Shown here piece by piece: positions 1 to 9,705 of a stretch of 64,000 nt of DNA. The stretch is from Candidatus Saccharimonadales bacterium (GTDB taxonomy: Bacteria > Patescibacteriota > Saccharimonadia > Saccharimonadales > UBA10212), in contig JBBDZU010000007.1 of the NCBI GenBank assembly GCA_040900055.1, positions 104,435 through 168,434 of the forward strand. The letters are read 5' to 3'. Position 1 is the stretch's first letter. The number at the start of each line of letters is the position of its first letter. The position numbers and the translations under genes are program-made. Below the pieces are notes generated by a model that was not told the DNA's origin, did not search any database, and saw only the letters and a list, made by a program, of their open reading frames with translations.

Positions 1-135
1 GTTAAAGGCATTGGCATGGGCAGAGACGCGGCTGTAAGGACCCTAACTAACCAAAAGGTCGAAATAGAAAGTCTAAAAGACGTAACTGCCATTGCCCACG
101 GCGGAGTTCGAAAAAGAAGGGCCAAGAGGAACTAG
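1..135 (+). CDS. rpsK: 30S ribosomal protein S11, 3' part (truncated by window edge)
   Basis: Frame 1 reads VKGIGMGRDAAVRTL...DVTAIAHGGVRKRRAKRN*, the S11 C-terminus; precedes rpsD-rpoA. Confidence 0.93.
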   Translation, partial: VKGIGMGRDAAVRTLTNQKVEIESLKDVTAIAHGGVRKRRAKRN

Positions 136-136
136 T

Positions 137-754
137 ATGGCGAGAGATACTGAGTCAATCGTAAAGCGTTCACGTCGTGAGGGTTATGCCCTTCACCCTA
201 AGGCCCATAAGGCCTTAGTTAAGCGCAGCACGCCGCCTGGGGGCGTATCGGGCGGTAGAATGGGTCGTTCTAAGTCTTCGCAGTACGCTTTGCAGCTACG
301 CGAGAAGCAAAAAGTAAAAAGACTCTACGGACTATTAGAGCGCCAATTTGCCAAACTTATGACAGAAGCCGCAAGATCCCGTGGCCATTCCGGCTCCCAG
401 CTACTAGAATTTCTAGAACGGCGCTTAGATAACGTTATTTATAGGGCCGGCTTTGCCCCATCTAGACCGGCTGCCAGGCAGCTGGTCAGTCATGGACATT
501 TTCAACTCAACGGCCGCCGAGTTGATATTCCTTCGATTAGAGCCAAAAGTGGCGATGAAATCAGCATACTTCCTGCTAGCGCTAAGAATGAATACTTCAA
601 GAATCTAGATAGCATCAGTCCCTCGTCAGCGGCTCCAGCTTGGCTAAATGTCAACCGTAAGAAACTGACAGTTTCAGTTAGCGCCGATCCAACTCGCGAA
701 GATGCCGAACCCGATATTAAAGAGCAATTAATCGTTGAATATTATTCTCGCTAA
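137..754 (+). CDS. rpsD: 30S ribosomal protein S4 (no zinc-binding cysteines)
   Basis: QLREKQKVKRLYG, LERRLDNVIYRAGFA, ARQLVSHGH, IVEYYSR; start reset to ATG at 137. Confidence 0.97.
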   Translation: MARDTESIVKRSRREGYALHPKAHKALVKRSTPPGGVSGGRMGRSKSSQYALQLREKQKVKRLYGLLERQFAKLMTEAARSRGHSGSQLLEFLERRLDNVIYRAGFAPSRPAARQLVSHGHFQLNGRRVDIPSIRAKSGDEISILPASAKNEYFKNLDSISPSSAAPAWLNVNRKKLTVSVSADPTREDAEPDIKEQLIVEYYSR

Positions 755-773
755 GGAGGCGACGTAAAAAACT

Positions 774-1718
774 ATGAGCAAACTAATTCATACACCAATG
801 TTGTCGGAAGTCATTGATCACAGTGACTTAAGTGCTACGTTTGTAATAGAGCCGCTTCATCCAGGCTACGGAATGACTTTAGGTAACAGCTTGCGAAGAG
901 TGTTACTTTCGTCAATCGCCGGGGCAGCTGTTACCGGCTTTAGGATAGACGGCACCAGTCACGAATTTACAACCATAAAGGGTGTTAAAGAGGACGCTAT
1001 TGCCATAATGCTAAACCTTAAAGGCATTAGATTTAAGATCTTTAGCGATGAAGGCCAAACCCTTACTTTAAGCAAAAAAGGCAAAGGACAGGTTAAAGCC
1101 AAAGATATAAAACTTAACGCCGACGTGGAAATCGTCAATCCTAGCCATGTAATCTGCACCGTTGATGACGAAAAAGCCTCGGTTAATATGGAGCTGACTA
1201 TTGAAACCGGCCGCGGTTATAGGCCTCTAGACGAGCAAAGTACTGGCCGAAAGGTTAGCGACATGATAATGCTTGATGCCCTTTTTACTCCAGTGCTTAG
1301 AGTCCGCTACAAAGTCGAGAACACCCGTGTTGGCCAAATGACGGATCTTGATAAGCTGCTTATCACTATCGATACTGATGGGTCGATAACTCCCAGGGAA
1401 GCATTTGAAGAGGCTGCAGCCATCTTGGTCAACCAATACACAGCTTTAGCTGGTCAAACTAAAGTTGAAGTCGGCTCGCCACTTACTGCAGACGACGAGG
1501 CGTCCGAGACTGGGGAGGCCGACGAACCAGCTGAGCTAATGACACCAATTGAGGACCTTAACTTAACTGCTCGCACTACCAACGCGCTGGTGAACAACGA
1601 CATCCATACCATTAAAGACCTGATCTCGTTGGGCGAAGCGGAGCTTCGAGACCTTAAGGGCTTTGGCAACAAAGCATTAGACGAAGTTAAAGAAAAAATG
1701 GCCGAACTCGAGCTTTAA
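774..1718 (+). CDS. rpoA: RNA polymerase subunit alpha
   Basis: EPLHPGYGMTLGNSLRRVLLSS, GRGY, VENTRVGQ, C-terminal HhH (LKGFGNKAL); AAGGAGG upstream. Confidence 0.98.
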   Translation: MSKLIHTPMLSEVIDHSDLSATFVIEPLHPGYGMTLGNSLRRVLLSSIAGAAVTGFRIDGTSHEFTTIKGVKEDAIAIMLNLKGIRFKIFSDEGQTLTLSKKGKGQVKAKDIKLNADVEIVNPSHVICTVDDEKASVNMELTIETGRGYRPLDEQSTGRKVSDMIMLDALFTPVLRVRYKVENTRVGQMTDLDKLLITIDTDGSITPREAFEEAAAILVNQYTALAGQTKVEVGSPLTADDEASETGEADEPAELMTPIEDLNLTARTTNALVNNDIHTIKDLISLGEAELRDLKGFGNKALDEVKEKMAELEL

Positions 1719-1720
1719 AT

Positions 1721-2182
1721 ATGAAGGACAGAAAGTTTAATCGTCAAAAAGACCAGCGAAGGGCTCTAATAAAGGGTCTGGCTGATTCATTGGTTATTAA
1801 TGAGTCAATTGAGACTACTCTCCCCAAAGCTAAAGCCGTAGCTCGCTATACCGAGAGACTTATTACTAAAGCCAAAAAAGGCGACCTAAGCAGTAGACGT
1901 CAAATAGTTAAAAGTCTTAACACGCTGGAGGCTGCTGGAAAATTGATAGACGAACTGGCCCCTAAGCTTGGCGGTAGAAGTAGCGGGCACCTAAGGGTTA
2001 AGCGGACGGGTATTCGAAGAGGAGACGACACCCAGTTGGCAAGAGTTAGTTTCGTGGATGATTTGAAAAAAATTGTTCAAACTAATACCGAAAAAGCACC
2101 TAAAAAGCCGGCCATAGCTGTTAAAAAGCCCAAGGTGGCGACAAAGACACCTGCAAGATCGACAAAAACAACCAAGAAATAG
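1721..2182 (+). CDS. rplQ: 50S ribosomal protein L17 with Lys-rich C-terminal tail
   Basis: IETTLPKAK, LITKAK, RRGD motifs; follows rpoA. Confidence 0.96.
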   Translation: MKDRKFNRQKDQRRALIKGLADSLVINESIETTLPKAKAVARYTERLITKAKKGDLSSRRQIVKSLNTLEAAGKLIDELAPKLGGRSSGHLRVKRTGIRRGDDTQLARVSFVDDLKKIVQTNTEKAPKKPAIAVKKPKVATKTPARSTKTTKK

Positions 2183-2184
2183 CC

Positions 2185-2628
2185 ATGAAGACCTACAGCT
2201 TAAAACCCACCGATATAAAACGCCAATGGTATTTGTTAGATGCCGCCCAAGCTTCTATGGGGCGGGTGGCCTCCTTTGCCGCTAGGCTGTTGCTAGGCAA
2301 AGATAAGCCCAACCAATCGCCACATATGGATAGTGGCGACTTTGTAGTAATAATTAACGCCAAAGATACAAAGTTCACTGGAAATAAAGGTGAGAAGAAA
2401 ATATATTACCGCCATAGTGGTTTCCCCGGTGGTCTAAAACAAAAAACACTTAATGAAGCAATGGCCCAGGATCCAACCTACGCATTACGTCATGCTATTC
2501 GCGGCATGCTGCCGCCCAACAAATTACGAACCGAGCGCTTAAAACGCTTGAAGATCTATCCTGAGGCCGAACACCCTCACCGCGGCCAGAATCCTAAAGA
2601 GATATCACTTCCGCAGGAGGCTAAGTAG
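2185..2628 (+). CDS. rplM: 50S ribosomal protein L13
   Basis: WYLLDA, GDFVVIINA, YYRHSGFPGGLK, IRGMLP. Confidence 0.97.
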   Translation: MKTYSLKPTDIKRQWYLLDAAQASMGRVASFAARLLLGKDKPNQSPHMDSGDFVVIINAKDTKFTGNKGEKKIYYRHSGFPGGLKQKTLNEAMAQDPTYALRHAIRGMLPPNKLRTERLKRLKIYPEAEHPHRGQNPKEISLPQEAK

Positions 2629-3029
2629 TGTCAGCTCAAAGCTACTTTTACGCCTTAGGCCGGCGCAAGCGAGCTACCGCCAGGGTCCGGGTAACTGCTT
2701 CTAAGGGTTCCTTTTTAATTAACGATAAGCCAGTTAACAATTATTTAGCCGGCAGCAAGTATTTACAGACCAAACTCTTTAAGCCATTTAATGTTTTAGA
2801 ACTAGACCCCGACAATTACACAGTCAGCGTTAAAACCAGCGGTGGTGGACAGTCCAGCCAAGTGGATGCCATTAGCTTAGGCGTTGCCAAAGCCCTGGTA
2901 GAGATAAACGAAGACTTTCGGCCTACCCTTAGAAAGGCCGAGCTGCTCGGCCGTGATCCCAGAAAGAAAGAGCGTAAAAAATTTGGGCTTCGTGGAGCCC
3001 GTAAAAAACGCCAGTTCACCAAACGCTAA
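2628..3029 (+). CDS. rpsI: 30S ribosomal protein S9
   Basis: GRRKRATARV, GGG..Q, RKKERKKFGL..ARK..QFTKR; GTG start overlaps the rplM stop. Confidence 0.97.
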   Translation: MSAQSYFYALGRRKRATARVRVTASKGSFLINDKPVNNYLAGSKYLQTKLFKPFNVLELDPDNYTVSVKTSGGGQSSQVDAISLGVAKALVEINEDFRPTLRKAELLGRDPRKKERKKFGLRGARKKRQFTKR

Positions 3030-3072
3030 TCTAAGATAGTCGATAAGCCTCTTTGGGCTATAATTGTTGTTA

Positions 3073-4113
3073 ATGAGCAAGGAAGTTGTTTTAACAGGAT
3101 TACGCTCTAATGATGAGTTTCACCTGGGCAATTATTTGGGAGCCATCCTGCCGATGGTTGAGCTTCAGAAAAAGCATGCCGGGGAATATCAGCTTCACAT
3201 GTTCATTCCGGATCTTCACAGTTTTACTACACCGATTGATCACAGCAAACTATTTGCCCAAACCATCGATAATTTAAAGGTCTTCGTAGCTGCTGGGCTC
3301 GACATTAATAATCCAAATACCCTTATATATCGGCAAAGCTACATCCCGGCCCATTCCGAAATGACCTGGATTTTGAACTGTTTTTCATACTTCGGCGAGC
3401 TGTCTAGAATGACTGAGTTCAAAGATAAGTCATCTAAGTCAGATAGCGAGAATATTTCTGCTGGCCTGTTTACTTATCCTGTGTTGATGGCGGCTGATAT
3501 CTTGCTTTACGACGCCAAATGGATACCAGTTGGCGACGACCAGCGCCAACACCTAGAGTTTACGCGAAACCTAGCTATTCGCATGAACAACAAGTTCGGA
3601 AAGCTGTTTGTAGTCCCAGAAGATAGCCCCAAGCAACAAAAATTTTCCAACAGAACCGAGTCGGTGCGAATTCGGTCGCTACGAAACCCAGACAAGAAAA
3701 TGAGTAAGTCGATAGAGGACCCAGCCGGTACGATATTACTATCCGATACACCCGAGGCTGCCTCCAAGAAGGTAATGGAAGCAACTACCGACTCGGTAGG
3801 AGTCGTACATTACGACTGGGAAAAGCAGCCCGGTATAACAAACCTTATGCAGATACTTGACTTGTTAAATAATTCAGCGGGCATTGCTAAAAAGTGGGAA
3901 GGCAAAACTAGCTACGGCGACCTCAAGACCGAAGTAGCCTCAGCCGTCAATGACTTCATGCGTGGACTGCAAAGCAAGCTAGCCCAAATTGACGAAGCTA
4001 AGCTTATAAAGAAATTAGAAAAAGACGAAGAAACCATGAGCCAACTGGCTAGTGCCAAATTGCTCAAAGTCCAACAAGCCGTAGGTCTAAGGCCAAAAGC
4101 CATAAAGCACTGA
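3073..4113 (+). CDS. trpS: Tryptophan--tRNA ligase
   Basis: HLGNY, YPVLMAADIL, PVGDDQRQHLE, KMSKS; ATG at 3073. Confidence 0.96.
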   Translation: MSKEVVLTGLRSNDEFHLGNYLGAILPMVELQKKHAGEYQLHMFIPDLHSFTTPIDHSKLFAQTIDNLKVFVAAGLDINNPNTLIYRQSYIPAHSEMTWILNCFSYFGELSRMTEFKDKSSKSDSENISAGLFTYPVLMAADILLYDAKWIPVGDDQRQHLEFTRNLAIRMNNKFGKLFVVPEDSPKQQKFSNRTESVRIRSLRNPDKKMSKSIEDPAGTILLSDTPEAASKKVMEATTDSVGVVHYDWEKQPGITNLMQILDLLNNSAGIAKKWEGKTSYGDLKTEVASAVNDFMRGLQSKLAQIDEAKLIKKLEKDEETMSQLASAKLLKVQQAVGLRPKAIKH

Positions 4114-4994
4114 TGCAGGAGTTCTTGGCATCCAAAGCCGACAACGGCCAAAGAGCCGATGTAGTAGTCGCTACCAAGTACCCGGAATTTACCCGGTCAT
4201 CCTTAGAGACTTTGTTCGATAAAAAAATGGTCCGTCTTGGCAACCTGCCCATAAAACCATCCAAGAAGATTGCCGCTGGCGATAAGTTAATAATCGACGA
4301 AAGTTACCTACGCATAAAACCACTGCCGATAAAATTGCCGATTATCTATGAAGATAATGACGTAATTGTAGTTAATAAGCCGGCTGGCATTTTAACTCAT
4401 TCTAAAGGCGCCATAAACTTTGAAGCTACGGTGGCTAGCTTTATCGCATCCAAAATTAACGATAAGGCGATGACTGGCAACCGGGCAGGTATTGTGCATC
4501 GTTTAGATAGAGCCACAAGCGGTGTGATTATCTGCGCCAAGAACTTAAAGTCGTTAACGCTGCTTCAAAGGCAATTTGCTAAAAGAAAAACCAAGAAAAC
4601 CTACTTGGCTATTGTTGAAGGCAGGGTCTCACCGCCTGTAGCCATAATCGACGTCCCCATAGAGCGTAACCCAAAAAACCCCAGGTCGTTTAAAGTCGGT
4701 GCTAAAGGGCGTCAGGCTCAAACACGTTATAAGACTATAAAAACATTTGACGGCCCTTTGGGTTCCTACACCTATTTGGAGGTTTCTCCAATTACAGGGC
4801 GGACTCATCAAATCCGGGTGCATTTGGCCTATCTAAAGCACCCAATAGTAGGAGATAATGTCTACGGATCTGTCGGCGAGCACCTACTATTACACGCTGC
4901 TTCGCTTGAAATTACTTTGCCAAGCAAAGAACGTAAACGCTTCACTGCTGCCATCCCGAAACAATTTAAAGAGTTCATAAACGCACATGCCTAA
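4113..4994 (+). CDS. RluA/RluD-family pseudouridine synthase
   Basis: S4-like N-terminus, NKPAG, HRLDRATSG, TGRTHQIRVH, HPIVGD. Confidence 0.93.
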   Translation: MQEFLASKADNGQRADVVVATKYPEFTRSSLETLFDKKMVRLGNLPIKPSKKIAAGDKLIIDESYLRIKPLPIKLPIIYEDNDVIVVNKPAGILTHSKGAINFEATVASFIASKINDKAMTGNRAGIVHRLDRATSGVIICAKNLKSLTLLQRQFAKRKTKKTYLAIVEGRVSPPVAIIDVPIERNPKNPRSFKVGAKGRQAQTRYKTIKTFDGPLGSYTYLEVSPITGRTHQIRVHLAYLKHPIVGDNVYGSVGEHLLLHAASLEITLPSKERKRFTAAIPKQFKEFINAHA

Positions 4995-5868
4995 GGATAT
5001 GTTGCTCAATCCACAAACCGCCTTAGCCGTTAAGAATTACCTTAGCGCGCCCTCGCATGCCTTGCTAATTTGTGGACCAGCTGGAGCCGGTAAAGCTTAT
5101 CTTGCCAAGCTGATTAGCGCCCAGCTTCTTAAAGTGTCGCCTCAGAAAGTTCTAAGCCACCCATCCGTTATTCATTTGACAAAGCCGGACGATAAGCAGG
5201 AAATTGCTATCGACGAAGTTAGAAGGCTAATTCGTACACTTAGGTTAAAAGCCCCGGGCGACGCAGATGTTAGGCGAGTTGTTTTGGTAGAGGACGCTAA
5301 TTTTCTTAGTCTGCCTGCCCAAAACGCTCTACTCAAAATCCTAGAAGAGCCAGATTTACAGACAGTCTTCCTTCTAACTTCGCCCTCTGAAACTTACGTC
5401 TTACCTACTACCGCTTCCAGAGCTCAGAAATTAATTGTCCATCCCGTCTCTCTTGCCCAATCCCTTAAGCATTACGACGCTAGACACTCCAAAGCGTCCG
5501 TTGAAAGCTCTTGGAGGCTCAGCGGTGGGCAAGCTGGCCTGCTAGACGCTTTATTAGAAAACCAATCCGAGCATCCTCTAAAAAAAGCTGTTGACTTAGC
5601 TAAATCTTGGCTTGGTCAGTCAAGATACGAGAGGCTATTATTTTTTGATAAATTAGCCAGCAATAAAATAGAGCTCGCTTATTTTATAGAAGGCCTCAGT
5701 AAGGTCTTGGCCGCACTTCATCATAGCTATATTGCAAAAGGAGGCTCTAAACCAGCCACTGCGCTGCTGCATTCGCGTAAACTAGTTGACGAAGCCGGAA
5801 GCGCACTAGACGTAAACGTTAACCCTAAGCTGGTTGGCCTATATTTAGCAACTCACCTCAAGGTGTAG
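4987..5868 (+). CDS. holB: DNA polymerase III delta' subunit-like clamp loader
   Basis: HALLICGPAGAGK, AQNALLKILEEP, PTTASR. Confidence 0.85.
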   Translation: MPKDMLLNPQTALAVKNYLSAPSHALLICGPAGAGKAYLAKLISAQLLKVSPQKVLSHPSVIHLTKPDDKQEIAIDEVRRLIRTLRLKAPGDADVRRVVLVEDANFLSLPAQNALLKILEEPDLQTVFLLTSPSETYVLPTTASRAQKLIVHPVSLAQSLKHYDARHSKASVESSWRLSGGQAGLLDALLENQSEHPLKKAVDLAKSWLGQSRYERLLFFDKLASNKIELAYFIEGLSKVLAALHHSYIAKGGSKPATALLHSRKLVDEAGSALDVNVNPKLVGLYLATHLKV

Positions 5869-5889
5869 GTTTGCTATAATAACCTTCGT

Positions 5890-6543
5890 ATGTACGCCTT
5901 AGCGCTATTAGTATTGTTAGCATATTTTGTTTATAGGCACGCTCGTCCTTCTGAGCACGAGATGATCGTTATCCCCCGGCGGCTTGGTGCAAGGCTAACT
6001 AAACTTTGGGAAATCGCACACTACGGCATGCGCGAAAATAGGCTACTTAGAGCCGAGAAAGCCTTACTGACTATCTTAAAGATTGACGAGAAAAACGCCG
6101 CTGCCTATAACCGTCTGGGCATCTTGTACGCTAAACAACGCGAATATAAGGATGCTATCGATTGTTTTGAAATCGCCAGCAGTATCGAGCCTACGGCTTC
6201 GTCTTTGCATAACCTCGGGCTTATTTATTACGAAACAGAAAACTACGAAAAATCAGCCGCAGCTTTCGAACAGGCTCTCAAGCTAGAAGACACTCTAGCC
6301 GCCCGGCATATTGCCTACGCTAAAGTCCAAGAGAAGTTAGGCAACGAAAAGCTAGCCTTAGCGCAGCTACAAAAGGCCGTCGGGCTAGAGCCTAATCCGG
6401 AATCCTATAATTTGCTAATAAAAGCCTACGAGGTCAACGGTATGGTTGAAGAGGCAAGGGAAGCTCAAAGAAAAGCCGGTAAACTAGCCTTGCCCGCAGG
6501 ACGCCTAAAGCGAGTGCTTCGGCCCCGACGTGTAGTTATCTAA
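5890..6543 (+). CDS. Membrane-anchored TPR protein
   Basis: N-terminal hydrophobic helix; AYNRLGILY and LHNLGLIY TPR repeats. Confidence 0.85.
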   Translation: MYALALLVLLAYFVYRHARPSEHEMIVIPRRLGARLTKLWEIAHYGMRENRLLRAEKALLTILKIDEKNAAAYNRLGILYAKQREYKDAIDCFEIASSIEPTASSLHNLGLIYYETENYEKSAAAFEQALKLEDTLAARHIAYAKVQEKLGNEKLALAQLQKAVGLEPNPESYNLLIKAYEVNGMVEEAREAQRKAGKLALPAGRLKRVLRPRRVVI

Positions 6544-6559
6544 GAGCTAGTCGAATTCA

Positions 6560-6645
6560 TGGTGCAGGGAGAGGGATTCGAACCCCCGTAGGCGAATGCC
6601 AGCTGATTTACAGTCAGCCCTCGTTGGCCGCTTGAGTATCCCTGC
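6560..6645 (-). tRNA. tRNA-Tyr(GTA)
   Basis: Reverse complement GCAGGGA...CTGTAAA...long variable arm...TTCGAATCC...TCCCTGCACCA. Confidence 0.96.
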
Positions 6646-6689
6646 GCAAAGTAAATTGTAACACCGCTCAAAACTCCAACATCTTGACG

Positions 6690-6765
6690 TGGAGCCGGCA
6701 GAGGGATTCGAACCCACGACCCGCTGTTTACAAAACAGCCGCTCTGGCCACTGAGCTATGCCGGC
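6690..6765 (-). tRNA. tRNA-Thr(TGT)
   Basis: Reverse complement GCCGGCATAGCTCAGTGG...TTTGTAA...GGTTCGAATCC...GCCGGCTCCA. Confidence 0.96.
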
Positions 6766-6829
6766 AATCGTCCTCAAGCTTAGCAAAATAACAGATAAGA
6801 TTCAATTTCAAGCGTGCTATAGTAGGTTC

Positions 6830-7078
6830 ATGAGTCATGGGCCAGAGATAGCAAGAGAAGCTGAACCCATGCCAAATCCTTTGCTCGTCATGATTAGCGA
6901 CGGCCTTAGACGGATCTTCAGTGACAGAATAGGCGGCTATGGCCCTCCATGGCCTCCACCCGGGCCAGTCAATTATAAAACACCAGAAAACGACCCCGAC
7001 ACAGCGGAGCTGCAGCGAAGACTCAGAACTAGAAGGGGGATGTACAATGCATATGGCTTCCGTATTCATAGAAAATAG
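6830..7078 (+). CDS. Hypothetical Pro-rich small protein
   Basis: 82-aa ORF from ATG 6830, with a TATAGT -10-like box just upstream; no motif recognised. Confidence 0.45.
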   Translation: MSHGPEIAREAEPMPNPLLVMISDGLRRIFSDRIGGYGPPWPPPGPVNYKTPENDPDTAELQRRLRTRRGMYNAYGFRIHRK

Positions 7079-7107
7079 CATCTACGTTTATCACGCTTCC
7101 TAAACCT

Positions 7108-7389
7108 ATGAAATATTCCAATAACGACTTATGGAGCGTAAGGCAGATTGAGTTTTTAGATGACGCCCTCAAGGGGCATCGGCATAAGTCCGCTATTTAC
7201 TACCCTGAAAGAAAGATACAGTTAAGCATCCCGGATATCGCTGAATATAAGTACCTCGGTGTTTTACATTTTCCAGAGCATGATAGAACTATTATTTTTG
7301 AACAGGGCAAGAATTACGGACTTAAAAAGACTGAGATTCTGAAATTTCTTCGGGACAAGAATATTAAGGTTGAGGTTCGTGATGACTGA
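7108..7389 (+). CDS. Hypothetical protein
   Basis: 93-aa ORF overlapping the start of the next gene; no motif recognised. Confidence 0.5.
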   Translation: MKYSNNDLWSVRQIEFLDDALKGHRHKSAIYYPERKIQLSIPDIAEYKYLGVLHFPEHDRTIIFEQGKNYGLKKTEILKFLRDKNIKVEVRDD

Positions 7390-8413
7390 ACCAACTAAGT
7401 TCGAGGCGTTAATCGAGCAATCTGAGCGGATTTTGGCCACTTCACATATTTCGCCAGATCCTGACGCAGTCTGCTCGGTATTACTACTCGGCACAACCCT
7501 GAAAGTCAATTTCCCGGGAAAAAAAGTCCATATGGTTTTGGAAGAAAACCCGTCAAAAGACCTCGCTTTTCTGACTGGATATGATGATGTTCAATTTGGG
7601 CCTATCACCGATGAATTAAAGAAGTTCAGCCCCAATCTAGTGATCATTGTTGATGCTATGAACTTTGAACGTATCTCCCGGCTAGATAGTACAGCCATTA
7701 GAGATTATATAGAAACAAAAGACGTTAAGCTGGCCATCATCGACCACCACCAACAGATTGACATCGAGCCAGCTGCCGATGCCTACATTAATAAAACGAA
7801 CCCCGCCACTGCCCAGGAACTTTACGAGTTACTGTTTGAGGAACTAGGGTTGAAAAAACCTAATGGGTACGCCGAAACTACTCTGCTGGGCATTATCTCT
7901 GATACAGCCCGTCATAAGTATGACAATCCTAAGCACCGGCAGACATTTAAGATTGTCAGCGACCTGATTGATGCGGGGGCGAGCATTGAGAAACTGGAGA
8001 ATAGAATTGATAATCTAACGCATGGCCAGCTGGAAGTGTTAGATAGCTTAATCAAGAACATCAGTAGCGATGCAAGAGGTTTTACCTATAGTTATGTTGA
8101 CGATACTTTTACAGATGCCTGGCTGTCGGCTGGTCGACCAATTAATGAATTTAAGTCTGGCTTTGAAGAATTCACGAACCGCTATCTGAAAAATTTTGAG
8201 GGTAATAAATGGGGCTTTGCAGTTTATCGCGATATTTCTTCGGGTGAACCAAAGACGCATGGAGCGTCCTTTAGATCGGTTAGCAACGCCAAGGATGTAT
8301 CGAAAATTGCCAATCAGCTTGGTGGTGGCGGACATAAAGCCGCGGCTGGCGCAAGAATTACCGCAGACAACATCGAAGCAGCGCTCAAAACAGTCCTATC
8401 TTTGCTAAAATAA
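7382..8413 (+). CDS. DHH/DHHA1 phosphoesterase (NrnA-like)
   Basis: HISPDPDA, IIDHH, GIISDT, SFRS, GGGGHKAAAG; ATG at 7382. Confidence 0.9.
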   Translation: MTEPTKFEALIEQSERILATSHISPDPDAVCSVLLLGTTLKVNFPGKKVHMVLEENPSKDLAFLTGYDDVQFGPITDELKKFSPNLVIIVDAMNFERISRLDSTAIRDYIETKDVKLAIIDHHQQIDIEPAADAYINKTNPATAQELYELLFEELGLKKPNGYAETTLLGIISDTARHKYDNPKHRQTFKIVSDLIDAGASIEKLENRIDNLTHGQLEVLDSLIKNISSDARGFTYSYVDDTFTDAWLSAGRPINEFKSGFEEFTNRYLKNFEGNKWGFAVYRDISSGEPKTHGASFRSVSNAKDVSKIANQLGGGGHKAAAGARITADNIEAALKTVLSLLK

Positions 8414-8426
8414 CAACTTGAAGATT

Positions 8427-8502
8427 GCCGCGATAGCTCAGCTGGTAGAGCGCATCCATGGTAAGGATGAGGTCACGGGTTCGAATCCCGTTCGCGGCTC
8501 CA
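8427..8502 (+). tRNA. tRNA-Thr(GGT)
   Basis: GCCGCGATAGCTCAGCTGGTAGAGC...ATGGTAA...GGTTCGAATCCC...CGCGGCTCCA. Confidence 0.96.
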
Positions 8503-8561
8503 ATCTGTTGAATAAGTTATAGCAATCTGTTAAAGTTGAAAGCTGCTCATAATTATTAACT

Positions 8562-8765
8562 ATGGCCAAGAAAAGCGACAAACGAAAAATCATCGGTCTA
8601 AGCTGCGAGGCTTGCGGCCAGCGCCACTATTACAGCACTAAAAATACTATGAACACCCCTGACAGAGTGGAACTAAAGAAGTACTGCCCTGTTAAGCGCA
8701 TAATGGCTAAACAAGTCGAAACTAAGAAAAATCTTGGTAAAAACGTCGTAAAGCCGCGCCGCTAG
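8562..8765 (+). CDS. rpmG: 50S ribosomal protein L33 with C-terminal extension
   Basis: L.CEAC...HYYSTKN, ELKKYCP; lies between tRNA-Thr and tRNA-Trp. Confidence 0.93.
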   Translation: MAKKSDKRKIIGLSCEACGQRHYYSTKNTMNTPDRVELKKYCPVKRIMAKQVETKKNLGKNVVKPRR

Positions 8766-8784
8766 CTTAAGGTATAATTGCTCT

Positions 8785-8920
8785 TGTAGCTTACAATTTT
8801 GTAATAACACGCACTAAAGCAGGTTTTCGCAAAATTGAGAGGAGGAGACGACTTAAGGCTGGAAGTAGTTGGTTAATTAAGTATCAAACCTACTTACGGA
8901 AGCCGGCACGTCGACTCCGA
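8785..8920 (+). ncRNA. Candidate structured RNA or leader upstream of tRNA-Trp
   Basis: TATAAT at 8773; nested stems GGAGACGAC/GTCGACTCC, GGCT/AGCC, AAGTAG/CTACTT, TTGGT/ATCAA; separate stem CAATTTTG/CAAAATTG. Confidence 0.4.
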
Positions 8921-8923
8921 CGT

Positions 8924-9000
8924 AGGAGTGTAGCTCAGCTGGCTAGAGCGTCGGTCTCCAAAACCGAAGGTCGTGGGTTCGAGTCCCTCCACTCCTGCCA
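8924..9000 (+). tRNA. tRNA-Trp(CCA)
   Basis: AGGAGTGTAGCTCAGCTGGCTAGAGC...CTCCAAA...GGTTCGAGTCC...CACTCCTGCCA. Confidence 0.96.
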
Positions 9001-9041
9001 GACCTTTATGAACTGAACTTCCGGTGGTAGTATCAATTGTA

Positions 9042-9704
9042 ATGACCACCAAAATTGCCCTAGCTAAACCAATTTTACTCTGTCTTTATGGTTTTCCTGG
9101 TTCGGGCAAGAGTTTTGTAGCTAGAAACCTAGCTTCAACCTTAGAAATAGCGCTCGTTAGTGCCGACAGGGTAAGAAGCGAGTTATTTAGGCAACCTCGC
9201 TACGACGATCAAGAAAACGCCATTGTTACTCACCTAATGAACTATATGACTGAGGAATTTTTAAATGCTGGTGTCGGCGTAGTTTATGACGCTAATGCAG
9301 TAAGAGTAGCCCAAAGGCACAGGTTGAGGGAACTGGCCAAGAATCACCGTGCAGACTACCTGCTAGTTTGGCTGCAAATCGACGTTGAGAGCGCCTTTAC
9401 TCGTACTCAAAAACGTGACAGACGTACCGCCGACGATAAACATGCCGAGCCTCAAACCCGCCTAACCTTTGATAAACAGCTTAGTTTAATGCAAAATCCT
9501 AAAGACGAAGATTATCTGGTCATCAGCGGTAAGCATGCCTTCGTAACTCAAAAAAATGCGATCATCGACAGACTTTATAAGATGGGCTTTATCCCTAGCG
9601 AGACCGTACAGCATAATGTCGCAAAACCTGGACTGGTTAACCTTATACCTAACCCGCAACTTGACCAAGTGGACCTAAGCCGCCGTAGCATCTCAGTCGA
9701 ATAG
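9042..9704 (+). CDS. P-loop kinase (AAA_33 / predicted nucleotide kinase)
   Basis: Walker A GFPGSGKS, ADRVR, VVYDAN. Confidence 0.8.
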   Translation: MTTKIALAKPILLCLYGFPGSGKSFVARNLASTLEIALVSADRVRSELFRQPRYDDQENAIVTHLMNYMTEEFLNAGVGVVYDANAVRVAQRHRLRELAKNHRADYLLVWLQIDVESAFTRTQKRDRRTADDKHAEPQTRLTFDKQLSLMQNPKDEDYLVISGKHAFVTQKNAIIDRLYKMGFIPSETVQHNVAKPGLVNLIPNPQLDQVDLSRRSISVE

Positions 9705-9705
9705 T

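Noticed and set aside
92-136. ORF-track N-terminal extension of rpsD
   Set aside because: Overlaps the rpsK coding region; the true start is ATG 137 (MARDT).
6547-6786. Short ORFs spanning tRNA genes (also 29011-29235 and 58421-58696)
   Set aside because: They are translations across tRNA genes and their flanks.
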